Positions 29,756 through 39,528 of a stretch of 64,000 nucleotides of DNA are shown one piece after another. The notes under the pieces were generated by a model. The model did not search any database. It saw nothing but the letters and a program-made list of their open reading frames with translations, and had not been told where the DNA came from. This stretch comes from Candidatus Methanomethylophilaceae archaeon (lineage in GTDB: Archaea > Thermoplasmatota > Thermoplasmata > Methanomassiliicoccales > Methanomethylophilaceae), in the NCBI GenBank assembly GCA_944320495.1, contig CALUHR010000005.1, positions 32,001-96,000 of the forward strand, written 5' to 3'. How positions within the stretch are numbered: position 1 is the first letter of the stretch; the number at the start of each line of letters is the position of its first letter. The position numbers and the translations under genes are program-made.

Positions 29756-30427
29756 TCGCGCCCTCACGGCCAGCCTCACCAGGTCATGCCCCTGGGAGAA
29801 CAGCCTGCAGTAGACGTCCCTGCACCTCTTGTAAGACCGGAAGGTCCTCTCGGCGGCCTCTACGTCGCCGTACACCTTCCAGCATCCGATGCAGCGGCAG
29901 CACCTGCCCTCGTTCTCGATGTACCCGCGGACGTCCTCCATGGGATAGTCCAGGAACACGCCGACCTCAGGGGGCATCCTGGGACAGAGCACGAACCTGC
30001 GGCAGAGCTGGTCCACCATGTGCTCCGCGTTCCCGCTGTCGTAGCCGTAGTCCTCGAGGAAGGACATGACCTCGCGGTCTGCGATCCTCGCGCAGAGCAT
30101 CGACGGGCGGTACACGTACACGAGCGAGCCCTCGCCGTCGAAGCTTATGATGCGCACGCGGACGCCGCGGTCGCGGAGCATGCCCTCGATCTCCCTGGTC
30201 TGATGGAGAATACCATGGGGGTCGGACTCCACCCTGAACATGCTTCCGCACTTCAGGCCCGCCAAGGTCGGCGAACAGTGGCGGACGACGCGCTCGCGCA
30301 GGTCGGGAACGGAGGTTCCCACCCGTCCGGGGCATGTCTCTAATATTGGACGGGCTGGCTCATGGATCTCTGCTATGTCGGAAAGTCCCTTCCCGCAGAC
30401 CGAGTCGCCGTGTATGTCCGACCTCAT
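29756..30427 (-). CDS. DUF3793-family protein (ends at CGA)
   Basis: HCSPTLAGLKCGSMF, VYVYRP, PPEVGVFLDYPMEDVRGYI, GCWKVY; ends LVRLAVRA-CGA abutting fen. The start is uncertain. Confidence 0.8.
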
Positions 30428-30432
30428 GGTGA

Positions 30433-30497
30433 TTAGGACATCCTAAACTGCGTATATAAGATTTAGGCTCAACTAATAAAATCAAATCGAGCCTAAA
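30433..30497. promoter_or_regulatory. TTAGG/CCTAA palindromes in the divergent DUF3793/TatD promoter (DtxR/IdeR-like boxes)
   Basis: TTAGGACATCCTAA (30433-30446), TTTAGGCTC (30462-30470) and GAGCCTAAA (30489-30497) around TATATAAG. Confidence 0.5.
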
Positions 30498-30538
30498 ACA
30501 TCGCAAAGGAAATGTCCGGGACGATGCATGCGGGTGCC

Positions 30539-31237
30539 ATGGGATTCGCCGACGCGCACCTCCACCCGCTCGAGATCGCGGACAGCGGAGCGTATCCGGA
30601 CCTCGGGGAGGCGGAGGTCCTCTTCGGGTGCGTGTCATCGTCATCGCAGTGGGACGCCATGTCCTCCTTCGAGGACAGCAGGATCAGGCGCTTCTACGGC
30701 GTGCATCCGTGGAACGCGTCGGAATGGTCCGCGGACGCGTGCGCGAGGCTGGAATCCATCCTCGAGGATGATGAGAGAGCGGGTATCGGCGAGATAGGTC
30801 TCGACTCGAAGCACGGGACGACGGAAGAGCAGGCGGAGGCCTTCGACGCCCAGCTCGCGCTGGCCGAGAGGTTCGGAAGGCTGGTGAACATCCACTGCGT
30901 CGGATGCGAGAGGGAGGTCCTGGAGCATCTGGAGCGCCACAGACGCATACCCGGAATCGTGATCCATTCCTTCTCGAACGAGAGCTACACGGTCCCGTTC
31001 GTCAGGCTGGGATGCCATCTGTCGGTGAACCCGCGCATATTGGCGCGGTCCGAGGTACGCATCAGGAAGCTGATGGATTCCATCCCAGGGGACAGGCTCC
31101 TCCTGGAGTCGGATGCTCCTTTCACCCCGCGCTTCACCGGAATGATGGATTTCGCCGAGAGACTAGCCGGAGCAATCGGAAGCGACGCGGGGACCCTTCT
31201 GGGCGCGGCGCTGGACAACGCGAGGTCGATTTCATGA
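30539..31237 (+). CDS. TatD-family metal-dependent hydrolase
   Basis: FADAHLH, YGVHPW, IGEIGLD, NIHCVG, VIHSF, LLLESDAP. Confidence 0.88.
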   Translation: MGFADAHLHPLEIADSGAYPDLGEAEVLFGCVSSSSQWDAMSSFEDSRIRRFYGVHPWNASEWSADACARLESILEDDERAGIGEIGLDSKHGTTEEQAEAFDAQLALAERFGRLVNIHCVGCEREVLEHLERHRRIPGIVIHSFSNESYTVPFVRLGCHLSVNPRILARSEVRIRKLMDSIPGDRLLLESDAPFTPRFTGMMDFAERLAGAIGSDAGTLLGAALDNARSIS

Positions 31238-31938
31238 ACGGGATGAACGACAGGACCGGGCTGATACTCGGAGAGGATGGACTCGAGAGGCTGAGGGACG
31301 CGCATGTCGTCCTCGCGGGTGCCGGAGCCGTCGGAGGATACGCGCTGGAGGGGCTCGTCAGGGCCGGCGTCGGGCACATCCGCGTGGTGGACGCCGACGT
31401 GTTCTCTGAGAGCAACCTCAACCGCCAGATCCTCGCCACCGTTGACACCATCGGGAGGCCCAAGTCGGAGGTGGCCTGCGAGCGCGCCAGGTCGATCAAT
31501 CCCGATGTGGACATCGAGGGGCTCCCGCTACTGGTCTCCGAGGAGACGATCCCCGAGATCCTGGATGGCTGCGAGGTCCTCGTGGACGCCATCGACACCG
31601 TCCGCCACAAGACGGCGCTCATACGCGCCGCGGTGGAGATGGGGATCCACGTCTACTCGTCGATGGGCGCGGCGCTGCACACCGACCCGCTGGCGGTGCG
31701 CATCGACACGCTGAAGAGGACGTCCGTGTGCCCGGTGGCCTCCGCGGTCAGGAAGGCACTGAGGGACATGGACACGTCCGACGTGACGTGCGTGTACTCG
31801 GTGGAGCCGCCGGTGACAGTCCCCACGGAGAGGGACGGGCACGGGAAGAGCGTGCTCGGCTCCCTGCCCACAATCCCGGCGGTGTTCGGGATGACGCTGG
31901 CGAACTGCGCCGTGATGAGGATCGCCATCGACAGTCGA
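31234..31938 (+). CDS. ThiF/TcdA-family (tRNA threonylcarbamoyladenosine dehydratase-like) protein (ends at CGA)
   Basis: GAGAVGG, VVDADVFSESNLNRQ, GRPKSEV, VDAID, SSMGA, PAVFG. CGA at 31936 is followed by non-coding-like codons (ACG ATA TCT TTC GCT CCA) to TGA at 31965. Confidence 0.85.
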
Positions 31939-32103
31939 ACGATATCTTTCGCTCCAAAGTCATGAGTCCGTCTCACGGACATATTCATCAAAGGTCATCC
32001 CCCGGCCCATAGCCAGTACAGATGTTCGACGTTATACGAGGATTTCAGGACTCGTCGAATCTACAATCCTCGAACACGATTCATGATTAGGTAAATTTAT
32101 ATA

Positions 32104-32120
32104 TTGGATGATACATCCAA
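32104..32120. promoter_or_regulatory. TTGGAT-N5-ATCCAA operator, perfect copy, directly after a TTTATATA box
   Basis: TTGGATGATACATCCAA, 6 bp before the ATG at 32127. Confidence 0.8.
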
Positions 32121-32126
32121 CCAATA

Positions 32127-32549
32127 ATGACAACAGTCGATGCAGCCAGAGAGCTTACCGAGGCGGAGATCGAGGAGATCTCCGAGAGCGACTACGTGTC
32201 CAACGACCGCAGGGACCTCTATGCAGCGATTCGCGACATGAAAGCGGCGAAGATCCTCGCCTACGACAAAGCCATCAAGGAGGGCAGCGTCGACGCCGAT
32301 GTCGGAAGACCCATCATATCGGTCCTGAAGACAGACATGATGATATTCGACCTGCTGGCCGTGACCGACCTGGAGGACAGGAAGGACACCTCCGCCACCC
32401 TCGAAATGATCAGAAAGATGATCGTCAGCTCCCCCAGGCCCGAGCACCAGGAGGACTACTTCAAGACGCTGACGGACAACGAGGCATCGATGGAGTACAT
32501 CTACTCCAAGACCCTCGAGAGGCTCCTGGAGATGGCCAAGGCAGCCTGA
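32127..32549 (+). CDS. Hypothetical acidic helical protein (140 aa)
   Basis: Strongly coding codon usage, own TATA box/operator and downstream hairpin; no family recognised. Confidence 0.75.
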   Translation: MTTVDAARELTEAEIEEISESDYVSNDRRDLYAAIRDMKAAKILAYDKAIKEGSVDADVGRPIISVLKTDMMIFDLLAVTDLEDRKDTSATLEMIRKMIVSSPRPEHQEDYFKTLTDNEASMEYIYSKTLERLLEMAKAA

Positions 32550-32588
32550 CAGTTTCAGTTTCCTCCTTTCCATCGTGGTGACACCACG

Positions 32589-32620
32589 GGAGGGGGCCGT
32601 CTGACAGAACGGCCCCCTCC
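32589..32620. terminator. Hairpin between convergent genes
   Basis: GGAGGGGGCCGT-CTGACAGA-ACGGCCCCCTCC, a 12-bp perfect stem. Confidence 0.7.
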
Positions 32621-32677
32621 TACACCGGATCCCCCGGACCCGGCATCTTCCCCATCCTTCTGCTTCTCGGACCGGAA

Positions 32678-34573
32678 TCATCCGATGACGGACCGGACGC
32701 TGTCTGCCAGCCTGTCGGCGTTCAGATCCTCGAGCCTGAAGTACGTACCCTCGAGCTCCTCGGCGAGGCGCTCTGCGTTGTCGAACCTTATGTAGCCGGT
32801 ACTGGCGTCGACGACTATCCACCTGACCTGCGGGATCCTGAGGTCCGCGGCCAGCTCCCTCGACTCCTCATTCGCGTCGGCCCCCTCGCGCAGGGGGACG
32901 TTGGCGCGTCCGTCGGTGATGAGTACGATGTAGCACGATTCGCCGGGATGCGACCTCGAATACGAGGTCATGAACTCGCCGACGGTGACGAGGGCCTGCC
33001 CCAGGGGCGTCTTCCCGCCCGTGGGGAGCTCCTCCAGCTTGCGGTAGCTGTACTCGACCGACCTGGTCGGCGGGAGCACCAGCTCGGCCGAGTCCCTGCG
33101 GAACGCCATCATCCCTATGCGGTCCCTCTTGACGTAGCTGTCGCGGAGCATCGACAGCACCGCGCCCTTGACTGCTGCCATCCTCCTGCGCACCCCGAGC
33201 GAGCCGCTGGCGTCCACCAGGAACAGTATGGTGCAGCCGGAGCGGCGCTCCCTGACCTTGCGCCTGATGTCCTGCTTCTCGATGGATACTGCGAGGCCGC
33301 CGTGCCGCCTCCCCTTCTGATAAGGCGCGGCGGCGCGGATGGTGGCGTCGAACGCCACGTCGGATACGCGGCCCTCCGGGATCCTGGAGCGGGCGTACCT
33401 GCCCGTGGAATCGCTGCTCTCGGCCATGGCGCGCCTGCCCTTGCGGCTCGACGTGGTGCGTATCATCCTCCGGCCGTCCTGGAGATAGTCTATGACCCTG
33501 AACTGCTCCCCGATCTCGAACATCATCTCGTCGAGCATGTCCCGCAGATCCTGGGGGAGGTCGGGGGGCTCGCCCTCAGGGGGCTCCGGAGGTTCAGAGG
33601 AGTCGTCGCGATCGTCCTGACGGTCGTCCTGCGGCTGCTCCGGCGGCTCCCGGTCCGGCTCCCCCTCCTGGTCCTGCGCCTCCTGCTGCTGGGGCGGCTC
33701 GGGTGGCGGTGGCGGCTGCGAATAGTTCCTGCGGTGGGCCAGGCAGATCATCGCCGCCTCCTCCACGTCCTTCCGCAGAACCTCGTCCCTGCCGTTGAGA
33801 GCGGCGAGCGCGGAGGCGGTCTCAGCCATGGCGATGTCCCCGCGGAACCCGTCGGCCGACACCCTGGCGGCCAGTTCCACGGCGACCCCGAGCAGGTCGT
33901 CCGATATTGTCACCAGCGGGAGGATCCTCTTCGCGCGGTCGATGCCGGCGCGGAGCTCGGACTCCTCGTCCGCGTACATGGCGGCGAACCCCTCCGGATC
34001 ATCGGCGAAGGCCGAGTTCCTGCGGAGGATCTCCTCCCTCCCGCGGACGTCGTCCTGCGGGAAATCGGAATAGGCGCAGAGGTCGAACCTGTCCAGCAGA
34101 TGGGGGCTGACGTCCGTGTCCTGGGGGTTCATGGTGGCGATCATCAGCGTGTCGCAGGCGTACTCCCCCGAGACGCCCTCCCTCTCGACCACCACGCGGC
34201 CGGTGGCGACGCAGTCCAGGAGCGAAGCGAGCATGCGCTGGTCCATGAGGTTCGCGTCGTCCACGTAGAGTATGTTGCCGTCGGCCTCCGACAGGAGGCC
34301 TCTCTGCATGACGGCGCGGCCCTCCCTGATGGTGGCCTCGGCGTCCATCCCGCCGAAGAGCATCTCCTCGGTGACGTTCAGCGGGACGTTGACCACGCGC
34401 CTGCCCGTCAGGTCGCCGGCCGCCCTGGAGAGGACTGTCTTGGCGGACCCGGGTCCGCCGCGTATCAGCACGGTGCGGATGCGGGGGCAGACGGCGGCGC
34501 ACATTATCGCGCGCTTGGAATCGTCCATGCCGAAGACGGCAGAGAACGGGAAGCTCAGATTCCCTTGAGGCAT
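32678..34573 (-). CDS. Chelatase D-type subunit (AAA+, Pro-rich linker, vWA; ChlD/BchD-like)
   Basis: ADGNILYVDDANL, ATMNP, DRFDL, PPPPPEPPQQ linker, FLVDASGS, GGKTPL, ITDGRAN. Confidence 0.9.
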   Translation of the reverse strand: MPQGNLSFPFSAVFGMDDSKRAIMCAAVCPRIRTVLIRGGPGSAKTVLSRAAGDLTGRRVVNVPLNVTEEMLFGGMDAEATIREGRAVMQRGLLSEADGNILYVDDANLMDQRMLASLLDCVATGRVVVEREGVSGEYACDTLMIATMNPQDTDVSPHLLDRFDLCAYSDFPQDDVRGREEILRRNSAFADDPEGFAAMYADEESELRAGIDRAKRILPLVTISDDLLGVAVELAARVSADGFRGDIAMAETASALAALNGRDEVLRKDVEEAAMICLAHRRNYSQPPPPPEPPQQQEAQDQEGEPDREPPEQPQDDRQDDRDDSSEPPEPPEGEPPDLPQDLRDMLDEMMFEIGEQFRVIDYLQDGRRMIRTTSSRKGRRAMAESSDSTGRYARSRIPEGRVSDVAFDATIRAAAPYQKGRRHGGLAVSIEKQDIRRKVRERRSGCTILFLVDASGSLGVRRRMAAVKGAVLSMLRDSYVKRDRIGMMAFRRDSAELVLPPTRSVEYSYRKLEELPTGGKTPLGQALVTVGEFMTSYSRSHPGESCYIVLITDGRANVPLREGADANEESRELAADLRIPQVRWIVVDASTGYIRFDNAERLAEELEGTYFRLEDLNADRLADSVRSVIG

Positions 34574-35580
34574 GTCTCCAGCTCCTCGGGGTCGAAGGCC
34601 TCCTCCTCGAACGGCCTGCGCCTCATGCGGTGCGAGAGGACCGGGGTCGCCACGGCCCGGATGTCGTCCGCGATGACGGCAGGACGGCCCTCGAGGGCGG
34701 CGTTGGCCCTGGCGGCCTTGAGCATGGTGATGTCCGCGCGGTGCCCGTCGACGCCGAAGTGCGTGGTGATGTTCACGACAGCCTCAAGGACAGGGTCCGG
34801 TATCGAGACCTTGGACAGGGCGGCCCTGGCGTCGGAGATCCTGCGGCGCATGGATTCCGTCTCCTCCCTCAAGGATGCCGTGTACCCCTCCGGGTCGGAG
34901 TCGAAGGCGAGCCTTCTGCGGACGACCTCCATCCTCTTGGCGGTGTCCCTGTCCCCGCGCACGTCCACAGACAGGCCGAACCTGTCCAGGAGCTGGGGCC
35001 TGAGCTCGCCCTCCTCCGGGTTCATGGTGCCGACCAGGACGAACCTCGACGGATGCGAGAACGACACGCCCTCCCTCTCCACGTAGTTCACGCCCATGGC
35101 GGCGGAATCCAGCAGGGGGTCGACAATGTGGTCGTCCAGAAGATTGACCTCGTCCACGTAGAGCAGGTTGCCGTTGGCCTGCGCCAGGACGCCTGGCTCG
35201 AACCTCTTCTCGCCGGTCTTGAGGACGTGCTCTATGTCCAGCGTCCCGGACACGCGGTCCTCGGTGGCGCTGAGCGGGAGCTCGACGACCCTCATCGGGA
35301 CCTCCTCCGAGGGGAGCGGGCCCTCGGAAGCGAATCTCTCCGCGCAGTAGGGGCAGAGCCTGTCGGTCCTCGACGGATCGCATCCGAAAGGGCATCCCGG
35401 CACGGCGGTCCTAGACGGGAGGATCTGGGACAGCGACCTGACCGTGGTCGATTTGGCGGTGCCCTTCTCCCCCTTGATGAGGGCCCCGCCGATGCCCGGG
35501 TCGACGATGTTGAGGAGCAGGGCCCTCTTCATGTCCTCCTGGCCGACAATCGAAACGAAAGGGAATAGCAGCTTATCCAT
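34555..35580 (-). CDS. Chelatase I-type AAA+ subunit (ChlI/BchI-like)
   Basis: FPFVSIVGQEDMK, GEKGTAKST, LYVDEVNLLDDH, GTMNPEEGELRPQLLDRFG. Confidence 0.92.
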   Translation of the reverse strand: MDKLLFPFVSIVGQEDMKRALLLNIVDPGIGGALIKGEKGTAKSTTVRSLSQILPSRTAVPGCPFGCDPSRTDRLCPYCAERFASEGPLPSEEVPMRVVELPLSATEDRVSGTLDIEHVLKTGEKRFEPGVLAQANGNLLYVDEVNLLDDHIVDPLLDSAAMGVNYVEREGVSFSHPSRFVLVGTMNPEEGELRPQLLDRFGLSVDVRGDRDTAKRMEVVRRRLAFDSDPEGYTASLREETESMRRRISDARAALSKVSIPDPVLEAVVNITTHFGVDGHRADITMLKAARANAALEGRPAVIADDIRAVATPVLSHRMRRRPFEEEAFDPEELETCLKGI

Positions 35581-35593
35581 GGGTCTCACTAAG

Positions 35594-35610
35594 TTGGATG
35601 ATATATCCAT
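35594..35610. promoter_or_regulatory. TTGGAT-N5-ATCCAA operator copy (chlI-like upstream)
   Basis: TTGGATGATATATCCAT. Confidence 0.7.
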
Positions 35611-35746
35611 CTATTTGATATAAACCAGACGTATGGATTATTATTGACATATTCCAGAATGTCCCCCGAGAGGATTGGAACAATCATTCAAAATCAGAGC
35701 CAGCATATCCAGAATCACAATCGCGAGAGGGTAGGATTTATATCAA

Positions 35747-35763
35747 TCGGATAATACATCCAA
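35747..35763. promoter_or_regulatory. TTGGAT-N5-ATCCAA operator copy (cobN upstream, between TATA box and ATG)
   Basis: TCGGATAATACATCCAA, preceded by TTTATATC and 1 bp before the ATG. Confidence 0.7.
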
Positions 35764-35764
35764 T

Positions 35765-38700
35765 ATGCCCCTCAGAATAGTCTATGTCACGATACAGAGC
35801 GTCGATGCATCCTTATTCCGCGAACCGGCGGAGGAGGTGTGCCGTGAGAACGGCTGGGATCTGGACCTGTTCTGCGCGAACGATTCCGACGTAGACGAGG
35901 ACCCGCTGCTGTACCACGAACTGTCACTCAGGACGAAGACGGCCGACCTCGTGCTGGTGAGGGTCATGGCCGATCCGACGAGGATGCGCCGCTTCGAGCA
36001 GTGGGAGAAGGTACTGAGGGAGTGCCCCGGGTACGTGCACGTGTACTCCGGGAACCTGGAGGTCTCCCTGGTCTACCGCGACCTGTTCAAGGGCGACGAC
36101 AGGGAGTACATGAGGCTCCGCGAGTTCGTGAGAGGACGCGGGGCGGAGAACGACCGCGCCATCGTGCAGTGGGTGCACCATGCGGTCACCGGCGAGGGGG
36201 ACGTGCCGGACCCGGTGGAGCATCGCCCCAACGGCATCTACCACCCGGACTTCGATAGGGACGTTACGCTGGACGAGTATCTGGCACATCTGGACCCCTC
36301 CAAGCCCACCATCGGCCTGATGTTCACCGCCAACCTCTGGATCTACGGGAACCTGGAGCACATCGACGCGTTCATCCGCGAGACGGAGTCCCAGGGCATG
36401 AACATCATCCCGGTTTTCTTCTCGTCGGTGGCCAGCAGGACCGACGGGAACGAGGGGAGCGTCGCCATCGTCCGCGAGTACTTCACCGAGGGCGGGAGGG
36501 GCAGGGTGGACGCCCTCGTCATGGCGACCCCGTTCTCCCAGCTCAACAACTCCAGGGACTGCTCCGGCGTCTACACGCCGGACTGGCAGAACTACTTCCA
36601 CACGCTCACCGACGTGCCCGTGTTCCAGGCGATGTCCGTGTCCGCGCACTTCGCCGACTACGAGGAGAGCGCCGAGGGGCTATCCAAGGGCGACTTCGGC
36701 ATGAACGTCATCTGGCCCGAGGTGGACGGGCAGATAATCACCGTGCCCTTCGCCAGCAACGAGAGGGGCAGGGGCGGACCGAAGGTCTACACACCGCTCC
36801 CGGACAGGATAAGACGCCTCGTGTCCACCGTCGGCGCCTGGGCGAGGCTCAGGCACAAGCCCGCATCCGAGAGGAGGATAGCCATCCTGATGTACCAGTC
36901 CAGGCCGGACTCCGGTAGGATCGGAGGGGCCGCAGGCCTTGACACGATGCAGAGCATCAGGGACATGCTCGAGCGCATGTCGTCGCTCGGCTACACGGTG
37001 TACCACGTCCCGGAGACCTCCAGGGCTCTGACCGACGAGATCCTCGACAACATCACCAACGACCTGGAGTGGTCGTCGGAGGAGAGGGTCCGCGAGAAGG
37101 CCGCCGCCATGGTGCCCATGTCCGACTACGAGCCGGAGTACGGGAGGTTATCCGAGTTCAACCGCAGGCGCATGGAGGAGAGCTGGGGGAAGGCCCCCGG
37201 CACCGTTTCCGTCCAGGACGGCAGGTTCGTCATCCCCGGGATCGTCAACGGGAACGTCTACATCGGCTACCAGCCCCTGAGGTCCTGGGCCGACCAGATG
37301 GAGTCCGTCTACCACGACCCGGTGGTGCCGATGCCCCACCAGTACCTGGCGTTCTACCGCTGGCTCAAGTACGTGTTCAAGGCGGACGCCGTGGTGCATG
37401 TGGGCACACACGGGACGCTGGAATGGCTCCCGGGCAGGAGCCTGGGACTGTCGGGGAAGTGCTTCCCGGACCTGGTCCTGGACTCGATCCCCAACATCTA
37501 CCCCTATGTGATCGACGACCCCGGCGAGGGGATACAGTGCAAGCGCAGGTCCGAGGCGGTGCTCATAGGGCACATGTGCCCCACGATGGCCCGCGCCGGT
37601 TCGTATGAGACGCTGGAGGCGGTCGACGGTCCGCTCCAGGAGGTCTTCAAGAACACCGCCGCCAAGGGCGAGCAGAGGAGGGCGATGGTGTCCGAGGTCC
37701 TGGACGCCGCCAGGGAGGCGGACCTGCTGAGGGAGCTCGGGATACCCGACGGCATATCGCCGGAGGACTTCGAGGGCGAGCTTGGCAGGATCCACGACTA
37801 CATCACGGACATCAAGGACACGATAATCCGCGACGGGCTGCACGTGCTCGGCAGGGCCCCGGAGGGGGAGCTGCTGACGGAGAGCGTCTACTCGCTCACC
37901 CGCGTCAGGAACGGCGACGTGCCGTCGCTCCGCTCCGCCGTGGCGTCAGCCATGGGCTTCGACCTTGACGCCCTGCTGGACGACAGCTCCGACATGACGG
38001 ACGGGGAGCTGAACAGCGTCATCCTGGACAGGGTCGATGACAGGGTCATGTCGCTCATCGCCGACATGCAGGCGGCGGGATACGCGAAGGATGGGTGCCT
38101 CGCCCTGGCCGCGGATGTCGGCGATTCGGACGGCCTGACGAAGGCCGTCGTGTACATCTGCGACACCCTGGTGCCGAACCTCGCCCGCATGACGGACGAG
38201 ATGGGGAACATGATGCACGCCTTCGAGGGCGGATACGTTCTCCCGGGGCCGTCCGGCGCGCCGACCCGCGGGAACGCGGACATCCTGCCGATGGGGAGGA
38301 ACTTCTACGGCATCGACCCGGACATCGTCCCCACGAAGGCGGCCTGGGAGATCGGCCGGCGCATGGCGGACCAGATGGTGGAGCGCTACACGAGGGAGAG
38401 GGGATCCTACCCCACGGAGGTGGGATTCATCATCTGGGCCACGGACACCATGAAGACCAACGGCGACGACGTGGCCTACATCCTGTGGCTCATGGGCGTG
38501 AGGCCCGTGTGGTCCTCCAACGGCGGGCAGGTCGTCGGCCTGGAGCCGGTGCCTCTTGAGGAGCTCGGCCGCCCCAGGATAGACGTGACCGTGAGGATAA
38601 CGGGACTGTTCAGGGACGCGTTCCCCAACCTCATCGACCTCATCGACGATGCCGTCCAGCTCATCGCCGGATTGGACGAGGGCGACGAGGACAACGCCCT

Positions 38701-39505
38701 CGCCGCCAACCTCAGGAGGGACATAGTGGACGGGATGGCCGACGGCCTGACGGTGGACGAGGCGCGGAGGCGCGCATCGGCCCGCGTGTTCGGCTGCCCT
38801 CCCGGGGCGTACGGCCCCGGCGTGAACCATGCGATCGAGACGAGCGACTGGGAGACGGTGAGGGACCTGGCGGACATCTACATCACCTGGGGCAGCTGCG
38901 CATACGGGCGCGGGCTGCACGGCGAGAGCATGAGGGACGAGTTCGTCCGGAGGTTCTCGAAGGTGCAGGCCACGGTGAAGAACATGCCCGACAGGGAGAT
39001 CGACCTGCTGGACATCGACGACGTCTACGGCTACCTCGGGGGCATGAACTCCTTCGTCCGCGCCTACGGGAACAAGGACGCGTTGTCGTTCATGGGCGAC
39101 GGCTCGAACCCGGACAGGGTGCGCGTGAGGGACACAAAGGAGGAGCTCCAATTCGTCTACAGGAGCAAGATCCTCAACCCGAAGTTCGTGGACGGGCTGA
39201 AGCGCCATGGGTACCGCGGCGTGGCGGAGGTGGCGAACCTCACCGAGTACACCTTCGGATGGGACGCCACGTCGGACATCGTGGACGACTGGATGTACGA
39301 GAGGCTGGCCGACACGTACCTCTTCGACGAGGACACCCGCGATTGGATGGAGGACGAGAACCCCCATGCCATGGCCGACATGATGGACCGCCTGTTCGAG
39401 GCGATAGACCGCGGGATGTGGGACGTTAAGCCGGAGACCCTTGAAAAGCTCAAAGAGGTCTACTTGGAGCTGGAGGAAAGGATCGAGGAGGTCCAGGACA
39501 GGTGA
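35765..39505 (+). CDS. cobN: CobN/ChlH-family class I chelatase large subunit
   Basis: 1246 aa; PEVDG, HVGTHGTLEWLPG, DDPGEGIQCKRR, GPSGAPTRG, LPMGRNFY, GRPRIDV, RITGLFRDAFP, LNPKF. Confidence 0.9.
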   Translation: MPLRIVYVTIQSVDASLFREPAEEVCRENGWDLDLFCANDSDVDEDPLLYHELSLRTKTADLVLVRVMADPTRMRRFEQWEKVLRECPGYVHVYSGNLEVSLVYRDLFKGDDREYMRLREFVRGRGAENDRAIVQWVHHAVTGEGDVPDPVEHRPNGIYHPDFDRDVTLDEYLAHLDPSKPTIGLMFTANLWIYGNLEHIDAFIRETESQGMNIIPVFFSSVASRTDGNEGSVAIVREYFTEGGRGRVDALVMATPFSQLNNSRDCSGVYTPDWQNYFHTLTDVPVFQAMSVSAHFADYEESAEGLSKGDFGMNVIWPEVDGQIITVPFASNERGRGGPKVYTPLPDRIRRLVSTVGAWARLRHKPASERRIAILMYQSRPDSGRIGGAAGLDTMQSIRDMLERMSSLGYTVYHVPETSRALTDEILDNITNDLEWSSEERVREKAAAMVPMSDYEPEYGRLSEFNRRRMEESWGKAPGTVSVQDGRFVIPGIVNGNVYIGYQPLRSWADQMESVYHDPVVPMPHQYLAFYRWLKYVFKADAVVHVGTHGTLEWLPGRSLGLSGKCFPDLVLDSIPNIYPYVIDDPGEGIQCKRRSEAVLIGHMCPTMARAGSYETLEAVDGPLQEVFKNTAAKGEQRRAMVSEVLDAAREADLLRELGIPDGISPEDFEGELGRIHDYITDIKDTIIRDGLHVLGRAPEGELLTESVYSLTRVRNGDVPSLRSAVASAMGFDLDALLDDSSDMTDGELNSVILDRVDDRVMSLIADMQAAGYAKDGCLALAADVGDSDGLTKAVVYICDTLVPNLARMTDEMGNMMHAFEGGYVLPGPSGAPTRGNADILPMGRNFYGIDPDIVPTKAAWEIGRRMADQMVERYTRERGSYPTEVGFIIWATDTMKTNGDDVAYILWLMGVRPVWSSNGGQVVGLEPVPLEELGRPRIDVTVRITGLFRDAFPNLIDLIDDAVQLIAGLDEGDEDNALAANLRRDIVDGMADGLTVDEARRRASARVFGCPPGAYGPGVNHAIETSDWETVRDLADIYITWGSCAYGRGLHGESMRDEFVRRFSKVQATVKNMPDREIDLLDIDDVYGYLGGMNSFVRAYGNKDALSFMGDGSNPDRVRVRDTKEELQFVYRSKILNPKFVDGLKRHGYRGVAEVANLTEYTFGWDATSDIVDDWMYERLADTYLFDEDTRDWMEDENPHAMADMMDRLFEAIDRGMWDVKPETLEKLKEVYLELEERIEEVQDR

Positions 39506-39528
39506 GCCCCCGGGTCCCGCCGGCCGGA

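Noticed and set aside
28727-30343. Apparent 538-aa FEN-1 with a novel C-terminal domain, and other apparent long gene overlaps (25907-26614, 58629-58792, 14669-14949)
   Set aside because: The extensions are just the antisense or off-frame text of neighbouring genes and all start at a CGA; CGA termination explains them better.
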